64,000 nt of DNA from an uncultured Actinomycetota bacterium (GTDB taxonomy: Bacteria; Actinomycetota; Actinomycetes; JAHEKZ01): contig CAVURN010000005.1 of assembly GCA_963743915.1 (NCBI GenBank), positions 1 through 64,000 of the forward strand, given 5' to 3'. Below, in pieces: positions 45,529 to 56,001 of this stretch (its first letter is position 1; every line of letters starts with the position of its first letter). Under the pieces are notes generated by a model, which did not search any database, was not told the DNA's origin, and saw nothing but the letters and a program-made list of their open reading frames with translations. The position numbers were made by a program, and so were the translations under genes.

Positions 45529-46619
45529 GTGCGCTCTCGCCGCTCACAGATCATCCAGGGTGTCATCTCGCTGTTTGTCGTCGTGGCGATCTTCTGGTTC
45601 GTCTTGCCCAAGATCGCCGACTTCGGCGAGGTCTGGCGAACCATCAAGGCAATGACGGGACTGGAGATCGGAGTCCTGGCTGTGGTTGCGGCCTTCAACA
45701 TCTGGACGTACCTGCCGCTGAACATGTCCGTCCTTCCGGGCCTTCGCATGGGTGAGGCATTCGTCGCGAACAACGCATCGACGGCGGTCGCCAACACGCT
45801 CCCAGCGGGCGGAGCTCTGGGTGTTGGAGTGAACTTCGCCTTCTTCCGTTCGTGGGGATTCGAGAATGCCGCCATCACACTGGCGCTGCTCGTGGCCGGA
45901 GTTCTCAACACATTCGTCAAGCTCGGACTGCCGATCGTCGCCCTGACGATTCTTGGCTGTCGGGGGTGATGCGTCGGGCGCCCTGATGACTGCTGCAGTC
46001 GTCGGGCTGCTCATTCTCGTTGTGGCCGTGACCCTCTTTGCGGCGATGCTCAAGACCGATGCCTTGGCCAGACGAGTCGGTGACGGCCTGGGGGCTTGCA
46101 TGAACTTCGGGCGCCGGCTGATACGACGTCCGCCGGTCACCGGCTCTGGCCAGCGTGCCGTCAACTTCCGTCACGAAGCAGTCGCACTCCTGCGCAAGCG
46201 CGGGTGGTACGCCGCAGGTGCAACCATCCTGAGCCACCTTTCGCTCTACCTGGTGCTTGTCGTGTCACTGCGCCAGGTAGGGGTCTCCGAGGATGAGGTC
46301 AGCTGGGCTGTCGTACTGGCTGCCTTCGCCTTCGGCCGGCTGCTGACGGCCTCTGCCCATCACCCCAGGCGGGCTGGGGGTGATCGAGCTCGGCTATGTC
46401 GTGGCCCTGTCAGTCGGGATGGATGACAGAACGACCGCTCAGATCACAGCCGCAGTCCTGGTGTTCCGAGCCTTGACCTACATCCCACCGATCTTCATCG
46501 GTGCAGGATGCTATGGGTTCTGGCAGCACAACAAGAGCTGGCGCCATCCTGTGGGGAGTCGCCCGTCCCTCGCCACGCCGACGACGGATTCGCCATCGCA
46601 CCGTCCCGCTCCAACCTGA
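45529..46619 (+). CDS. Lysylphosphatidylglycerol-synthase-TM/flippase-like membrane protein (frameshifts)
   Basis: ANTLPAGG, PITPGGLGVIE, AVLVFRALTY. Confidence 0.8.
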
Positions 46620-46666
46620 CGCCGCAGCTTCGGCTGGTCCAGACACACGACGCCGGCCTTGCAGGC

Positions 46667-47357
46667 ATGCGGGCTGACACGATGCTCCAGGGAGGTGGCG
46701 TGGACGAGCTGGAGGGTGATGTTGCCGCCGCCACGGCGATGCGGCCGAACCTTCGGCGCGCCGAGCAGGTGCCCAAGGCACTGGCGGCAGCGACCGTTCT
46801 GGGCCTCACCACGTATCTGACCCTCCAAGGCGTCTCCGATGCGGAGGAGCACGTCTTCGTCCGGCTTCCACGACGTCCCGCGATGGGTCGACCACCTCCT
46901 GTGGCTCCCCATGCAGGCGGGTCGGCCTGGGCACCGGTCGTGGCAGCGGTCATCGGGTGGTACGTCACACGATCCTGGCGACCCACGGTCGGAGCACTGG
47001 TGGTCGGCTGGGGCGGGTGGGTGCTCGCCAAAGGCGTCAAGGTGCTCGTCGGTCGGGGCCGCCCCTGGGAGGAGCTCGGCAAGTGACGTTGTTCGTGCGA
47101 GCGCCCCATCGGAAGGCCTCGGCTTCGTGAGCGGCCACACCACGGTGGCATTCGCCTGCGCTGCCGTGCTCGCCCCCTACCTCAGCCGCAAGTGGCGCGT
47201 GGTGGGTTATGCACTGGCCACTGTCGTGGCGCTTGGCCGCATCGTCGTGGGTGCCCACTTCCCGCTCGACGTCGTGGGAGGCGCCAGTCTCGGGCTGCTG
47301 TTGGCCTACCTGTGGCACCTCTCGGTCGGCATCCGCCAGGACGACGCGGTCCCATGA
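46667..47357 (+). CDS. PAP2 family phosphatase (frameshifts)
   Basis: KVLVGRGRP, FVSGH, GRIVVGAHFPLDV. Confidence 0.8.
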
Positions 47358-48016
47358 CCTCGACCGACCGCGAAGTGGACCCGTACGCCGGGTCCGTGGG
47401 AACGACGCCGCCTCGACCTCGTCGTGCTCGTGGTCGCTGCCGTCACGTCGGCGTGAGCGCCGCCGTCGCTGCCCAAGGCATCTCCTCCCTCGAGGCAGCC
47501 GCCTTCCACGCGATCAACGACCTGCCTGAGACCTTGAGACCACCTCTGTGGCTGGTCCAGTTCCTGGGCGGGCTGCTGGTCCCGGCTGCGGCCGCGATCT
47601 GGCGCTGCCCTGTTCCGAAAGTGGCGCCTCGACACTTGCGCTGCTGCTGCTGATCCCGCTGAAGCTGCTGATCGAGAAGGGGGTGATCAAGGAGCTGGTC
47701 TTCCGCGCACGACCCGCGACGTCGGTCTGCGAGGGAGACCTCAACTGCCTCAACCTCCGCGACGTTCCCGCCAGTCGGGCCCAGCTTCCCCTCAGGGCAC
47801 GTCATCATCGCGTTCGGCATCGGGTGGTTGGTCGCTCCCTACCTCGGCCGCCGGGGGCAGTGGGCAGTACTCGCCCTGTGCCTGCTGGTCGCCTTCTCGC
47901 GGATCTACCTTGGGGCGCACAACCCACTCGATGTCGTGGCCGGGGCCGCGTCAGGCCTCGCCCTGGCGGCGGCGCTCAACCTCGTGCTCGGTGTCCCGAG
48001 ACGCGCTCACGCCTAG
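47354..48016 (+). CDS. PAP2 family phosphatase (frameshifts)
   Basis: KELVFRARP, SFPSGH, SRIYLGAHNPLDV. Confidence 0.8.
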
Positions 48017-48073
48017 CTGAGCCGACCGATGCCCGTGCCATCACGATGGCCATGGTTCTGGCACCATCCCGAC

Positions 48074-48535
48074 ATGAGCCATCAGTTTCAGGTCACCTTC
48101 GATTGCCAAGATCCACGAATGCTGTCGTCGTTCTGGAGAGATGTGCTGGGCTACGTCCACCCACCGCCGCCTGGTGTCGCCCTGCCTGAGGACGCTGACC
48201 CGCTGGCCGCCTGGGAGGAGTTCCTGGCCAGGGTTGGGGTCCCAGAGGATCAGCGCAACACACGATCGGCGATCGAGGATCCAGATGGACGGGGGCCACG
48301 TCTCTTCTTCCAGCAGGTCCCGGAGGGCAAGGTCGCCAAGAATCGCGTCCATCTCGATGTCCGAGTGGCTCCGGGACTTGAGGGAGACGAGCGGATGGCG
48401 GCATTGGAGACCGAGTGCGGGAGGCTCGTCTCGCTGGGGGCGACGCGGGTGCACCGCTACGAGCCTCAGCCGCCCATGAGCGCTGGGCACATCGTGATGA
48501 CCGACCCAGAGAGCAACGAGTTCTGCTTGGACTGA
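48074..48535 (+). CDS. VOC/glyoxalase-like protein
   Basis: FW..VLGY, KNRVHLD, DPESNEFC. Confidence 0.88.
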   Translation: MSHQFQVTFDCQDPRMLSSFWRDVLGYVHPPPPGVALPEDADPLAAWEEFLARVGVPEDQRNTRSAIEDPDGRGPRLFFQQVPEGKVAKNRVHLDVRVAPGLEGDERMAALETECGRLVSLGATRVHRYEPQPPMSAGHIVMTDPESNEFCLD

Positions 48536-48554
48536 CGCTCGCGCGTCGAGGCAA

Positions 48555-49115
48555 TCAATCCGCTGCGTTGCCCGGGTGGAGCGTCCCCGTCTCCCTCTCG
48601 GGCACCGCCATCCGATGCGGATCGAGGTCATAGGTCCACGGCAGGCCCGACGCCTTCCAGCCGTTCTTCAGCCGCATCCCGTGGAACACGCTGTCCGGGT
48701 CGTCGACCTTGCTGCCCTCCATCCCGTCGAGGATGTTGTAGGCGTTCGTGAACCCCGCGGACGCCAACTCACTGATCGCTATCGCCGAGCGGCCGCCCGA
48801 ACGGCATGAGACAAGAATCGTGTCTTCATGCGAGAACCGTTCCTCGACAAGCCTGACGAACTCCTGGTTGAGCTCCCACGGGTAGCCCTGCTTGGCGTCG
48901 TCCCAGACGTACGCCATGAACGCAATGGGCACGTTCACAGCCATGGGCGCGTGACCGACGAACACCCACTCCTCAGGCGTCCGCACATCGAGGAGCTTGA
49001 CGCCGTCAGGGTCCTCCTGCCACAGGTCGTATGCCTCCTTCGCGGTGACGTAGAGGCCCAGGGTCGTCTGCCGTGCTTCGGCAACCGGCCGCCCGGCATG
49101 TGTGACCGTCCCCAT
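48555..49115 (-). CDS. Rhodanese-domain sulfurtransferase
   Basis: LLDVRTPEE, VGH, CRSGGRS active loop, GMEG, GW. Confidence 0.9.
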   Translation of the reverse strand: MGTVTHAGRPVAEARQTTLGLYVTAKEAYDLWQEDPDGVKLLDVRTPEEWVFVGHAPMAVNVPIAFMAYVWDDAKQGYPWELNQEFVRLVEERFSHEDTILVSCRSGGRSAIAISELASAGFTNAYNILDGMEGSKVDDPDSVFHGMRLKNGWKASGLPWTYDLDPHRMAVPERETGTLHPGNAAD

Positions 49116-49129
49116 GTCGTTCCTCCGCC

Positions 49130-50302
49130 CTAGCCCAGCCGCATGGCATCGACCTCGAGCCCGCCGCCGGCTGGCAGCTTGCTCCAGCTGCGTCGCTCCC
49201 ACTCCTCCTTGAGAACCTCGGCCGCCGCCTGCTCCAGGAACTCCGGGCGTGCCCACTCGTCCACATCGAAGTCGTTCTTGACATAGCCATGACTGACCAT
49301 GAAGTCCTTGCCGATCTTGATGCACTCCAGGTTCCGCGCGCTCAGGCTCGGCACCATGTCGACGTCCTTGATGCCCTGGTACGTGTCCTCGGCGTCGAGG
49401 TAGAAGGTCTGCCGATTCAAGATCGCACCGGCCGCCCGCTTGTGCTCGTTCGCCCACCGGCCGACTTTGATCATTGCCTTCATGTAGGCCAGGACGAGTT
49501 CAGGGTGCTCGTCTGCCATCACGTCGCTGCACGTGATGACGGCTGGCGTGTTGGCGACCTGGATGGTCCAGTCGGGATACCGCGACAGGTCCTCGATCAT
49601 CTTGATCCGACCGGTCGCTTCTTGGAGGTGCTGGAAGACCTTGCTTTGCGTGTAGATGGCGTCGACCTTGCCCTCGAGCAGAGCCGTCTCGAGCGGGCGG
49701 AATGCCAAGTCGTGCTTGTGGTCACGTCGCATCCACAGCTCGGACGGGTTGTTCATCTGAACCTGGAGCATCTCCGGCTTGTCATACCAGTCGTCCGGGT
49801 ACGGGAACTCGACCAGCTCGACGTCGTCCATGGTCATGTCGTGCAGACGCAGCATGTTCTCGATGCCCATGTGCTCCTGGATCCGCCACCAGTCGTTCTT
49901 GATGGTGTTCAGGCTCTTGGAGATACCGATCTTCTTGCCCCTCAGGTCCTCCATCCGGAAGATCTCGTCACGGGCACGCACCGCCATGCAGCCGCCCTCG
50001 TGCACCCATGTGGCACCGAGCAGGACCGTGCGTCGGACGTCGGCGCGGACGTGGATCGGTGGGTACAGGCCGCCGAAGCGGATCAGGTTGTCGAGGTTGT
50101 GGATGTAGTGCGGGTACCAGTTGTTCTCCGGCGCATGCCGGAAGTACGCGTACTCGACGCCGATCTTCTTGAACTCTTCGCGGCACCAGCCAAGCTCCTG
50201 GTCCACGTTGTTCGCCGAGACCATCGGACAGTTGGTGAACCACACCTCGTCCCACCGCAGCGGAACGGTCGTCGACACGCGCTCGGTCCCTGCCGTCGTC
50301 AT
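49130..50302 (-). CDS. DszB-like desulfinase / SsuA-fold protein without signal peptide
   Basis: FTNCP, HY.H, RFGG..PP, LRGKKIG, GKVDAIY. Confidence 0.7.
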   Translation of the reverse strand: MTTAGTERVSTTVPLRWDEVWFTNCPMVSANNVDQELGWCREEFKKIGVEYAYFRHAPENNWYPHYIHNLDNLIRFGGLYPPIHVRADVRRTVLLGATWVHEGGCMAVRARDEIFRMEDLRGKKIGISKSLNTIKNDWWRIQEHMGIENMLRLHDMTMDDVELVEFPYPDDWYDKPEMLQVQMNNPSELWMRRDHKHDLAFRPLETALLEGKVDAIYTQSKVFQHLQEATGRIKMIEDLSRYPDWTIQVANTPAVITCSDVMADEHPELVLAYMKAMIKVGRWANEHKRAAGAILNRQTFYLDAEDTYQGIKDVDMVPSLSARNLECIKIGKDFMVSHGYVKNDFDVDEWARPEFLEQAAAEVLKEEWERRSWSKLPAGGGLEVDAMRLG

Positions 50303-50334
50303 GGGATCCTCCACCGTTCCCCGGGGCGAGCAGC

Positions 50335-50360
50335 CTAATGTGCACGCCTGTGCACATTAG
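50335..50360. promoter_or_regulatory. Perfect palindromic operator CTAATGTGCAC-n4-GTGCACATTAG (likely TetR site)
   Basis: 11-bp inverted repeat about 33 bp upstream of the DszB-like start. Confidence 0.75.
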
Positions 50361-50398
50361 AACATCTAGCTGAAGCCTCAGGGGAAGGTCGAAGGTCC

Positions 50399-51038
50399 CT
50401 ACGTCGCCTCGGCTTCCTCGGGCTGAACCAGGAGGATCGTCGGGCGACGGCCACCGAGTCGCGCCCAGCCGACGCGCAGAGTGCACCAACTCCCCGCGCC
50501 ATTGGTCAATCGAGACGTCCTCAAGCCCAGCGGCGGCGATGAGGTAGTCCTCGAAGACCCGCCAACCCAGAGCCGCAGCAACAATCTGCGCAGCTCGCAG
50601 TCGCGCTGACCGCGCGTCCACCTGATACCCGTCGACCAGCGTCTCAGCCATGGCCGTCACCGGATTGAGCTCGAGGTCGACATGCAGCGGCCGACCGGAG
50701 ATCGTCAGGCTGGCGGCGATCCGGACCCACTGACCCATGACCGTGTCCGCATCGAAGCCCTGTCCTTCCAGAGGGTTCCGCGTCACCGCCTCTGCCAGTC
50801 GTCGCGAGACGTCATCGAACACTCCAACGATGAGAGCCTCACGGTTCCCTACGTAGCGACGGATCAATTCAGTGTGGACATTGGCCTCAGCTGCGACCTC
50901 GCGGAGCGAGACACCATCGACGCCTCTAGTGGCGAAGAGTCGAGTCGCGGCATCGAGCACTGCCCTCCGCGTCTCGGTGACACCAGACGGCTCACCAGGG
51001 GCTCGTCTCGGACCACGGCGTACGCCCTCAGCACTCAC
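50399..51038 (-). CDS. TetR family regulator (probable frameshift near 50435)
   Basis: AVLDAATRLFATRG..VSLREVAAEANV HTH. Confidence 0.85.
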
Positions 51039-51117
51039 GAACAACATCCTGCCCTGGCTCAGCCGAACCCGAAACGGCTCCGGCCCGACTCAAGCCGACA
51101 CCCGCTCCAGGGTCCCA

Positions 51118-52753
51118 TCAACCCATGTCGAGACCTTCGAGTGGCGACGAGGGTTCGATGTCCGGCAACCGGACCATGCGGAAGGCGTTGATGAAGCCAA
51201 GCAGGCACGCCAGCACGGGGACAAGCATCGCCACCTGAAGTGAGATCGCTCGTGCATCGTCGTTGATCGCGAGGACCTCCGCCTGGACGTCAGGCGGTTC
51301 GTCGACGATCAGTGCTCTGGAGCTGAGTGTCACTGACGACCTGGGCGTCATCCTCCATGGCTGTGGCGATCGCGGACTTCTGATCCTCGGGGATCACGGA
51401 GCTGTCGTCCGTGAGTGCCGTGAACGACATCGCCATCACGGCGAGCATCAGACCCCCTGCGAGAGCAAGTCCCAGGGACAGCCCGAAGTTGCCACCCGCG
51501 GAGTTGACGCCGGCAGCCTCACTGGCTCGCTCCTCCTCGATCGGCGCCAGCGTGTAGTTGTTGAGCTGCGACACCAGAAGGCCGAGTCCTGAGCCGGCGA
51601 TGAGCAGAGGCACGAGGAGCACCAGGGCGCCCTGGCTGGCATCGCCCCTCGGGACGACCGGGATCACGAGCACCATCCCCACGAAGCGCAAGCGCGAACC
51701 CGGTTCGCACCATGATGGCCGGCCGCCATCGGCCGGCGCGACGACCGGCTCCCAGCGCGACGAAGAACATGCTCAGCGACAGTGGGGCGATCGCCAGGCC
51801 GGCTTCCAGCGCGTTGTACTCCAACGCGATCTGCAGGTAGATCGGGATGGCGATCATGGCGCCGCCGAGTGAGATCTGCTGGAGCATCTGCTGGGTGATC
51901 CCGATGCGGAAGTTGGGCAATGCTGAAGAGCCCGGGATCGAGCAGGAACGCGCTTGCCCTCCCGTTTGCGCCGCACGAGCCAGCGGGCCAGGCCGAAGAG
52001 CCCGACACCACCGATCAGCAGGAGCGCGAGGACTGCCTCTCCGCCCTCCTGCCACACCAGGATGCCCAACACGACGCCGCCCATACCCACGACGGAGAGC
52101 ACCGCACCGACGCCGTCGACACTTCGATCCCCGGTGTAGGCAACGTCCTTGACAAGTCCGATACCCATCAGCACGACCGCGATGATCACGACCTCGAGCA
52201 GGAAGTTGATGCGCCACGACCATGCGGTGGTGATGACCCCACCGATCAACGGGCCGATGGCAGCAGCAATCGCCATGGAGGCACCGACGAGGGCGTAGAC
52301 CTTGGCTCGGGCAGCGCCCTCGAAGTTGCCGTGGATGAGCGACTGCATCGCGGGCAGGAGCAGCGAAGCACCAAGCCCACCGATGATGGCCCAGAACACG
52401 ATGATCGCCGTCACGCTCTGGGCGAGAGTCATCGCGAGGGCACCGATGGCGTAGGCGAGCAGTCCGATGACGTACGCCCGCTTGCGGCCCATCAAGTCAC
52501 CCATCTTGCTGTTGATGAGGATGAAGGCCGCGGAAACGAGCGCCTCCAATGCAATGGCCGACTGCACGCTGCTGACCGTCGTGTCGAGGCTCTCGGTCAC
52601 CGCCGAGATGGACACGTTCATGATCGTGGTGTCGACGACCAGTACGAACATCGCCATCGCCAGCAGCAGCGGCAACCACCTGCTTGGGGTGGACGCTTGC
52701 TCGGACCCTTCACCATTGGATCCGGCATCACCGATGCTCGCTGAATCACTCAT
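51118..52753 (-). CDS. MFS transporter, DHA2-like (frameshifts)
   Basis: DTTIMNVSI, GDLMGRKR, GPLIGG, WSWR. Confidence 0.88.
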
Positions 52754-52783
52754 GGCAGCATCCTGGCACGGCCCCAGTTCCCG

Positions 52784-52845
52784 CTAGACCGCCAGCGGCC
52801 TTCGGCGCGGCGGTTGTACTTCAGATCGCTGGTCGCCACGATCGA
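52784..52845 (+). repeat. Diverged direct-repeat copy of 55997-56057 (3' end of the aldehyde dehydrogenase gene)
   Basis: About 54/62 identical; core GCGCGGCGGTTGTACTTCA exact. Confidence 0.85.
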
Positions 52846-52969
52846 TCAACGCTGCCCACAGTGGCGAGCTCCCCGTCGGTTCGAAACATCGCGAAATTCG
52901 ATGACCAGGAGGGACCGTCAGTGTCAGCTGACCTGCTTCACGACGCTGCGCAAAGCCGTGTCGGTGTGC

Positions 52970-54853
52970 CTATGCACCACCACAGCAGGCGGCGTGCCGG
53001 CCGAAGACAGAGTCGTGACCGGCAGACCCCATCCCTGCCATGGCCGCCATCTTCCTCACGGCCCCACGCTGGCTCGCCGACGTCGCGTCGTACACGACCT
53101 CTCCCGCGATCATCGTGTGGTTGACGGCTGCCTCACGGATCTCGCTCACCGGTCCGCTCGTGATGTCCCGGTCCAGGACGATCAGGTCGGCGCGCTTGCC
53201 CTTGGCAATGGTCCCCGTGTTCGGGCTGTGCATCTGGAAGGCGCTTGCCCTGGTGTGCATACGCAGCGAGTGGCCACGCGAGAGGGACTCCTCCGGATCG
53301 AGCGGTGTGGGATCGGCACTGTTGGTCGTGGTCCGGTCCACCGCGGTCGCGATCTGGTTGAACGGGCTCAGTGGATCGACAGGCCAGTCAGAGCCTCCAG
53401 CCAGACGCGCCCCGGCCGCACTGAGGCTGCGCGCCGGGTACAGGCGGTCGAACCTCGCTTCGCCGATGTAGGGCCGAAGCGCATCCAGCGTGAAGACGTT
53501 GCGCACGGCCCACTGCAGCTGCATGCTCGCGATGACGTCGAGCCTGCCGAACCGCGCGTAGTCGTCAGGATGAACCAGTTCCAGGTGCGTGATCGTGTGG
53601 CGGTTGCCACTGCGGCCATTGGCCCGCAGCGCCGCCTCGTAGCCGTTGAGGGCGACGCGAACTGCGCGATCACCGATGGCATGGGTGTGCACCTGCCAGC
53701 CTTCGCTATCGAGCTTGACCGCAAGCCGCTTGAAGTCGTCGTTGCTGACGTACAGGTCACCCCTGTTGTCGGTCGGCTGTCCATCGCCGTCCAAGTACGG
53801 CGCGAGCAGCGCCGCCGTCTGGGCGGGGTACTCCATCACCCCGTCCATGAAGACCTTCGCGGTGGTCAGGCGCAGTCGGGGCACGTCGCCGAAGCGGTTG
53901 CGCAGCGTCCTCAGCATCTCCGCTGCCTCGCTGGGCTTGGTGGCGAGCTCGGCATCCACTCCGAGAGCAGGGATGACGGTCTGTCGGAGCACGCCTCGGC
54001 CGAGCAGGTCGCGGTAGGTGCGCAGGCTGGCCCTGCTCGACACGGCATCCATGAACGACGTGATCCCGTTGGCCAGCAGGAACGTTCCCATGTTCTCGTA
54101 CGCGACCGCCAGCTCTTCGTCCGTGGGGGGTGGGATGACCGCGGCGACCATCCACTGCGCGTTGTCCTTCAGCAGACCGGTCGCTGCACCCGTCCCATCA
54201 CGGACGATCTCGCCGCCCGAGGGATCTGGCGTGGAGTTGTCGACGCCGGCCAGCTCCAGTGCCCGACTGTTCACGAAGGAGTTGTGGAAGTCCGATCCCT
54301 GCAGGTAGATCGGACGAGCCGTGTCCAGCGCATCCAGCATCGACTTGTTGACCACCGTTCCGGGGGGAAGCATGCCAACGGGGTTCCAGTTGGTCACCTG
54401 CAGCCAGCCATCGGGTTCCTTGTCGCTGCTGGCGTCGAGCATGGACTGCAGCAACGCCTGAAGTTCCGGGACCGTGAGCTCGGCGTTGTCGAGTGAAGGA
54501 TTCAACGACTGTTCAGCGGCACCGAGTGGGTGCATGTGACCGTCGTGGATCCCGGCCATGACGGTGCCGCCGCCTGCGTCGATCACCTCGGCGCCGTATC
54601 CAGCCAGGCGTCGGATCTCTCGATTCGACCCCACCGCCGCGATGGTGCCGTTCGCTGCCACGGCGACCGCCGACGCCGAACTCGGCTCGTTCGTTCCGGT
54701 GAACACCCGTCCGTTGACGATGATGGTGCTCACCTGGGCGCCGGCTCCGGTCGCCCGCACTCCGGCCCGGGCACTCGCCACGCCCGTCGCCGACAGCAGG
54801 CCCACGGCTCCGGCACCGCCCAGGAAGCTTCTGCGACCGATCTCTTTCGACAT
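52970..54853 (-). CDS. Tat-exported amidohydrolase (Amidohydro_3/YtcJ-like)
   Basis: GRRSFL, DGHMH, KVFMDG, HAIGD, HLE, GSDWP, GKRADL. Confidence 0.9.
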   Translation of the reverse strand: MSKEIGRRSFLGGAGAVGLLSATGVASARAGVRATGAGAQVSTIIVNGRVFTGTNEPSSASAVAVAANGTIAAVGSNREIRRLAGYGAEVIDAGGGTVMAGIHDGHMHPLGAAEQSLNPSLDNAELTVPELQALLQSMLDASSDKEPDGWLQVTNWNPVGMLPPGTVVNKSMLDALDTARPIYLQGSDFHNSFVNSRALELAGVDNSTPDPSGGEIVRDGTGAATGLLKDNAQWMVAAVIPPPTDEELAVAYENMGTFLLANGITSFMDAVSSRASLRTYRDLLGRGVLRQTVIPALGVDAELATKPSEAAEMLRTLRNRFGDVPRLRLTTAKVFMDGVMEYPAQTAALLAPYLDGDGQPTDNRGDLYVSNDDFKRLAVKLDSEGWQVHTHAIGDRAVRVALNGYEAALRANGRSGNRHTITHLELVHPDDYARFGRLDVIASMQLQWAVRNVFTLDALRPYIGEARFDRLYPARSLSAAGARLAGGSDWPVDPLSPFNQIATAVDRTTTNSADPTPLDPEESLSRGHSLRMHTRASAFQMHSPNTGTIAKGKRADLIVLDRDITSGPVSEIREAAVNHTMIAGEVVYDATSASQRGAVRKMAAMAGMGSAGHDSVFGRHAACCGGA

Positions 54854-54901
54854 CACGATCACCCTTCTTGTCGACCACGGCGTGCTGATGTCGGTACCGT
54901 G

Positions 54902-54923
54902 TGTGATTAACGTGTTAATCACA
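54902..54923. promoter_or_regulatory. Palindromic operator TGTGATTAAC-GT-GTTAATCACA (likely LacI-family site)
   Basis: Perfect 10-bp arms between divergent amidohydrolase and LacI genes. Confidence 0.8.
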
Positions 54924-54940
54924 AGGGGTTGAGTCGATTG

Positions 54941-55975
54941 GTGCACCAGGGCGGGCGTCCCACCTTGAGAGAGGTGGCCCAGGAGGCCGGGGTGTCCACT
55001 GCGACGGTCTCGAACGTCATCAATGGCACCGGCCGGCTCTCAGAGGCGACGCGCGTACGTGTGATCGCGGCCGCCCGAAAGCTGGGCTACCAGCCCAGGA
55101 ACTCCGTTCGAGCGCTCAGCCGAGGTGGCTCCGGCGTCCTGGGCCTCACCCTCACGACCTTTGGCAGCGACTCGGTCTCCTACACCGAGATCCCCTACTA
55201 CTCCGACCTGGTGCTGGCAGCCATCGGTGCCGCCAACGACCACGGCTACCTGCTGCAGGTGATGCCGAGCACGCTCTCGCCCTGGATGTGGATGACTGCG
55301 CCACTCGACGGGGTGATCCACAGCGAACCGAGAGCCACGGACTCGGTGCGAGCCATCTTGCTGCAGCGCGAGATACCGATCGTCTACTCAGGACTTCCGC
55401 TGGACAGCAGGTCCCGGGATGCGTGGGTCGACTGCGACCACCGCCTTGCCGTCGAGCTGCTGGTCGAGCAGTTCATCGAGGCGGGCGCACGCCGCATCGG
55501 GCTCGTCGTGCCCGAACACAACGACGCCTACCCGCAGCTCGTCCTGAGCGCATTCACCAGTGTTTGCGACAGCCAGGGAGTCGAAGCGAGCGTGGAGGGC
55601 TACGAGCCTGTCCCCGAATACACAGCGTCAGAACGGTCTGCGGTCGACAGGCTGCTCACCAGGTCGGAACGGCCGGACGCCCTCTTCGGGATCTACTCGG
55701 ACTCCGGTCACAACATCCTCGCGCAGGTGCGCGACCACGGCCTTCGCGTGCCCGCCGACCTGCTGGTCGGCTGCTTCAGCGAGGATCCGGCCTACGCGCT
55801 CACAAACCCGCCCGTCACCACGATCAGCCTGCAGCCGCGTTCCGTCGCCGTGGAGGCGGTCGACCTGCTCGTCGCCCTGATCGGGGGCCGCAGGGGCATT
55901 CAGCGCCAGCGCATCGTGTCACCCGTGCTGCACGCGCGTGCATCGTCCACGGGTCTTGCTCACTCCCAGCGCTGA
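54941..55975 (+). CDS. LacI family regulator
   Basis: TLREVAQEAGVSTATVS, LGYQP, PPVTTI. Confidence 0.93.
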   Translation: MHQGGRPTLREVAQEAGVSTATVSNVINGTGRLSEATRVRVIAAARKLGYQPRNSVRALSRGGSGVLGLTLTTFGSDSVSYTEIPYYSDLVLAAIGAANDHGYLLQVMPSTLSPWMWMTAPLDGVIHSEPRATDSVRAILLQREIPIVYSGLPLDSRSRDAWVDCDHRLAVELLVEQFIEAGARRIGLVVPEHNDAYPQLVLSAFTSVCDSQGVEASVEGYEPVPEYTASERSAVDRLLTRSERPDALFGIYSDSGHNILAQVRDHGLRVPADLLVGCFSEDPAYALTNPPVTTISLQPRSVAVEAVDLLVALIGGRRGIQRQRIVSPVLHARASSTGLAHSQR

Positions 55976-56001
55976 CCCCGTCCCTGGGCCTGGCCTCTAG
56001 A

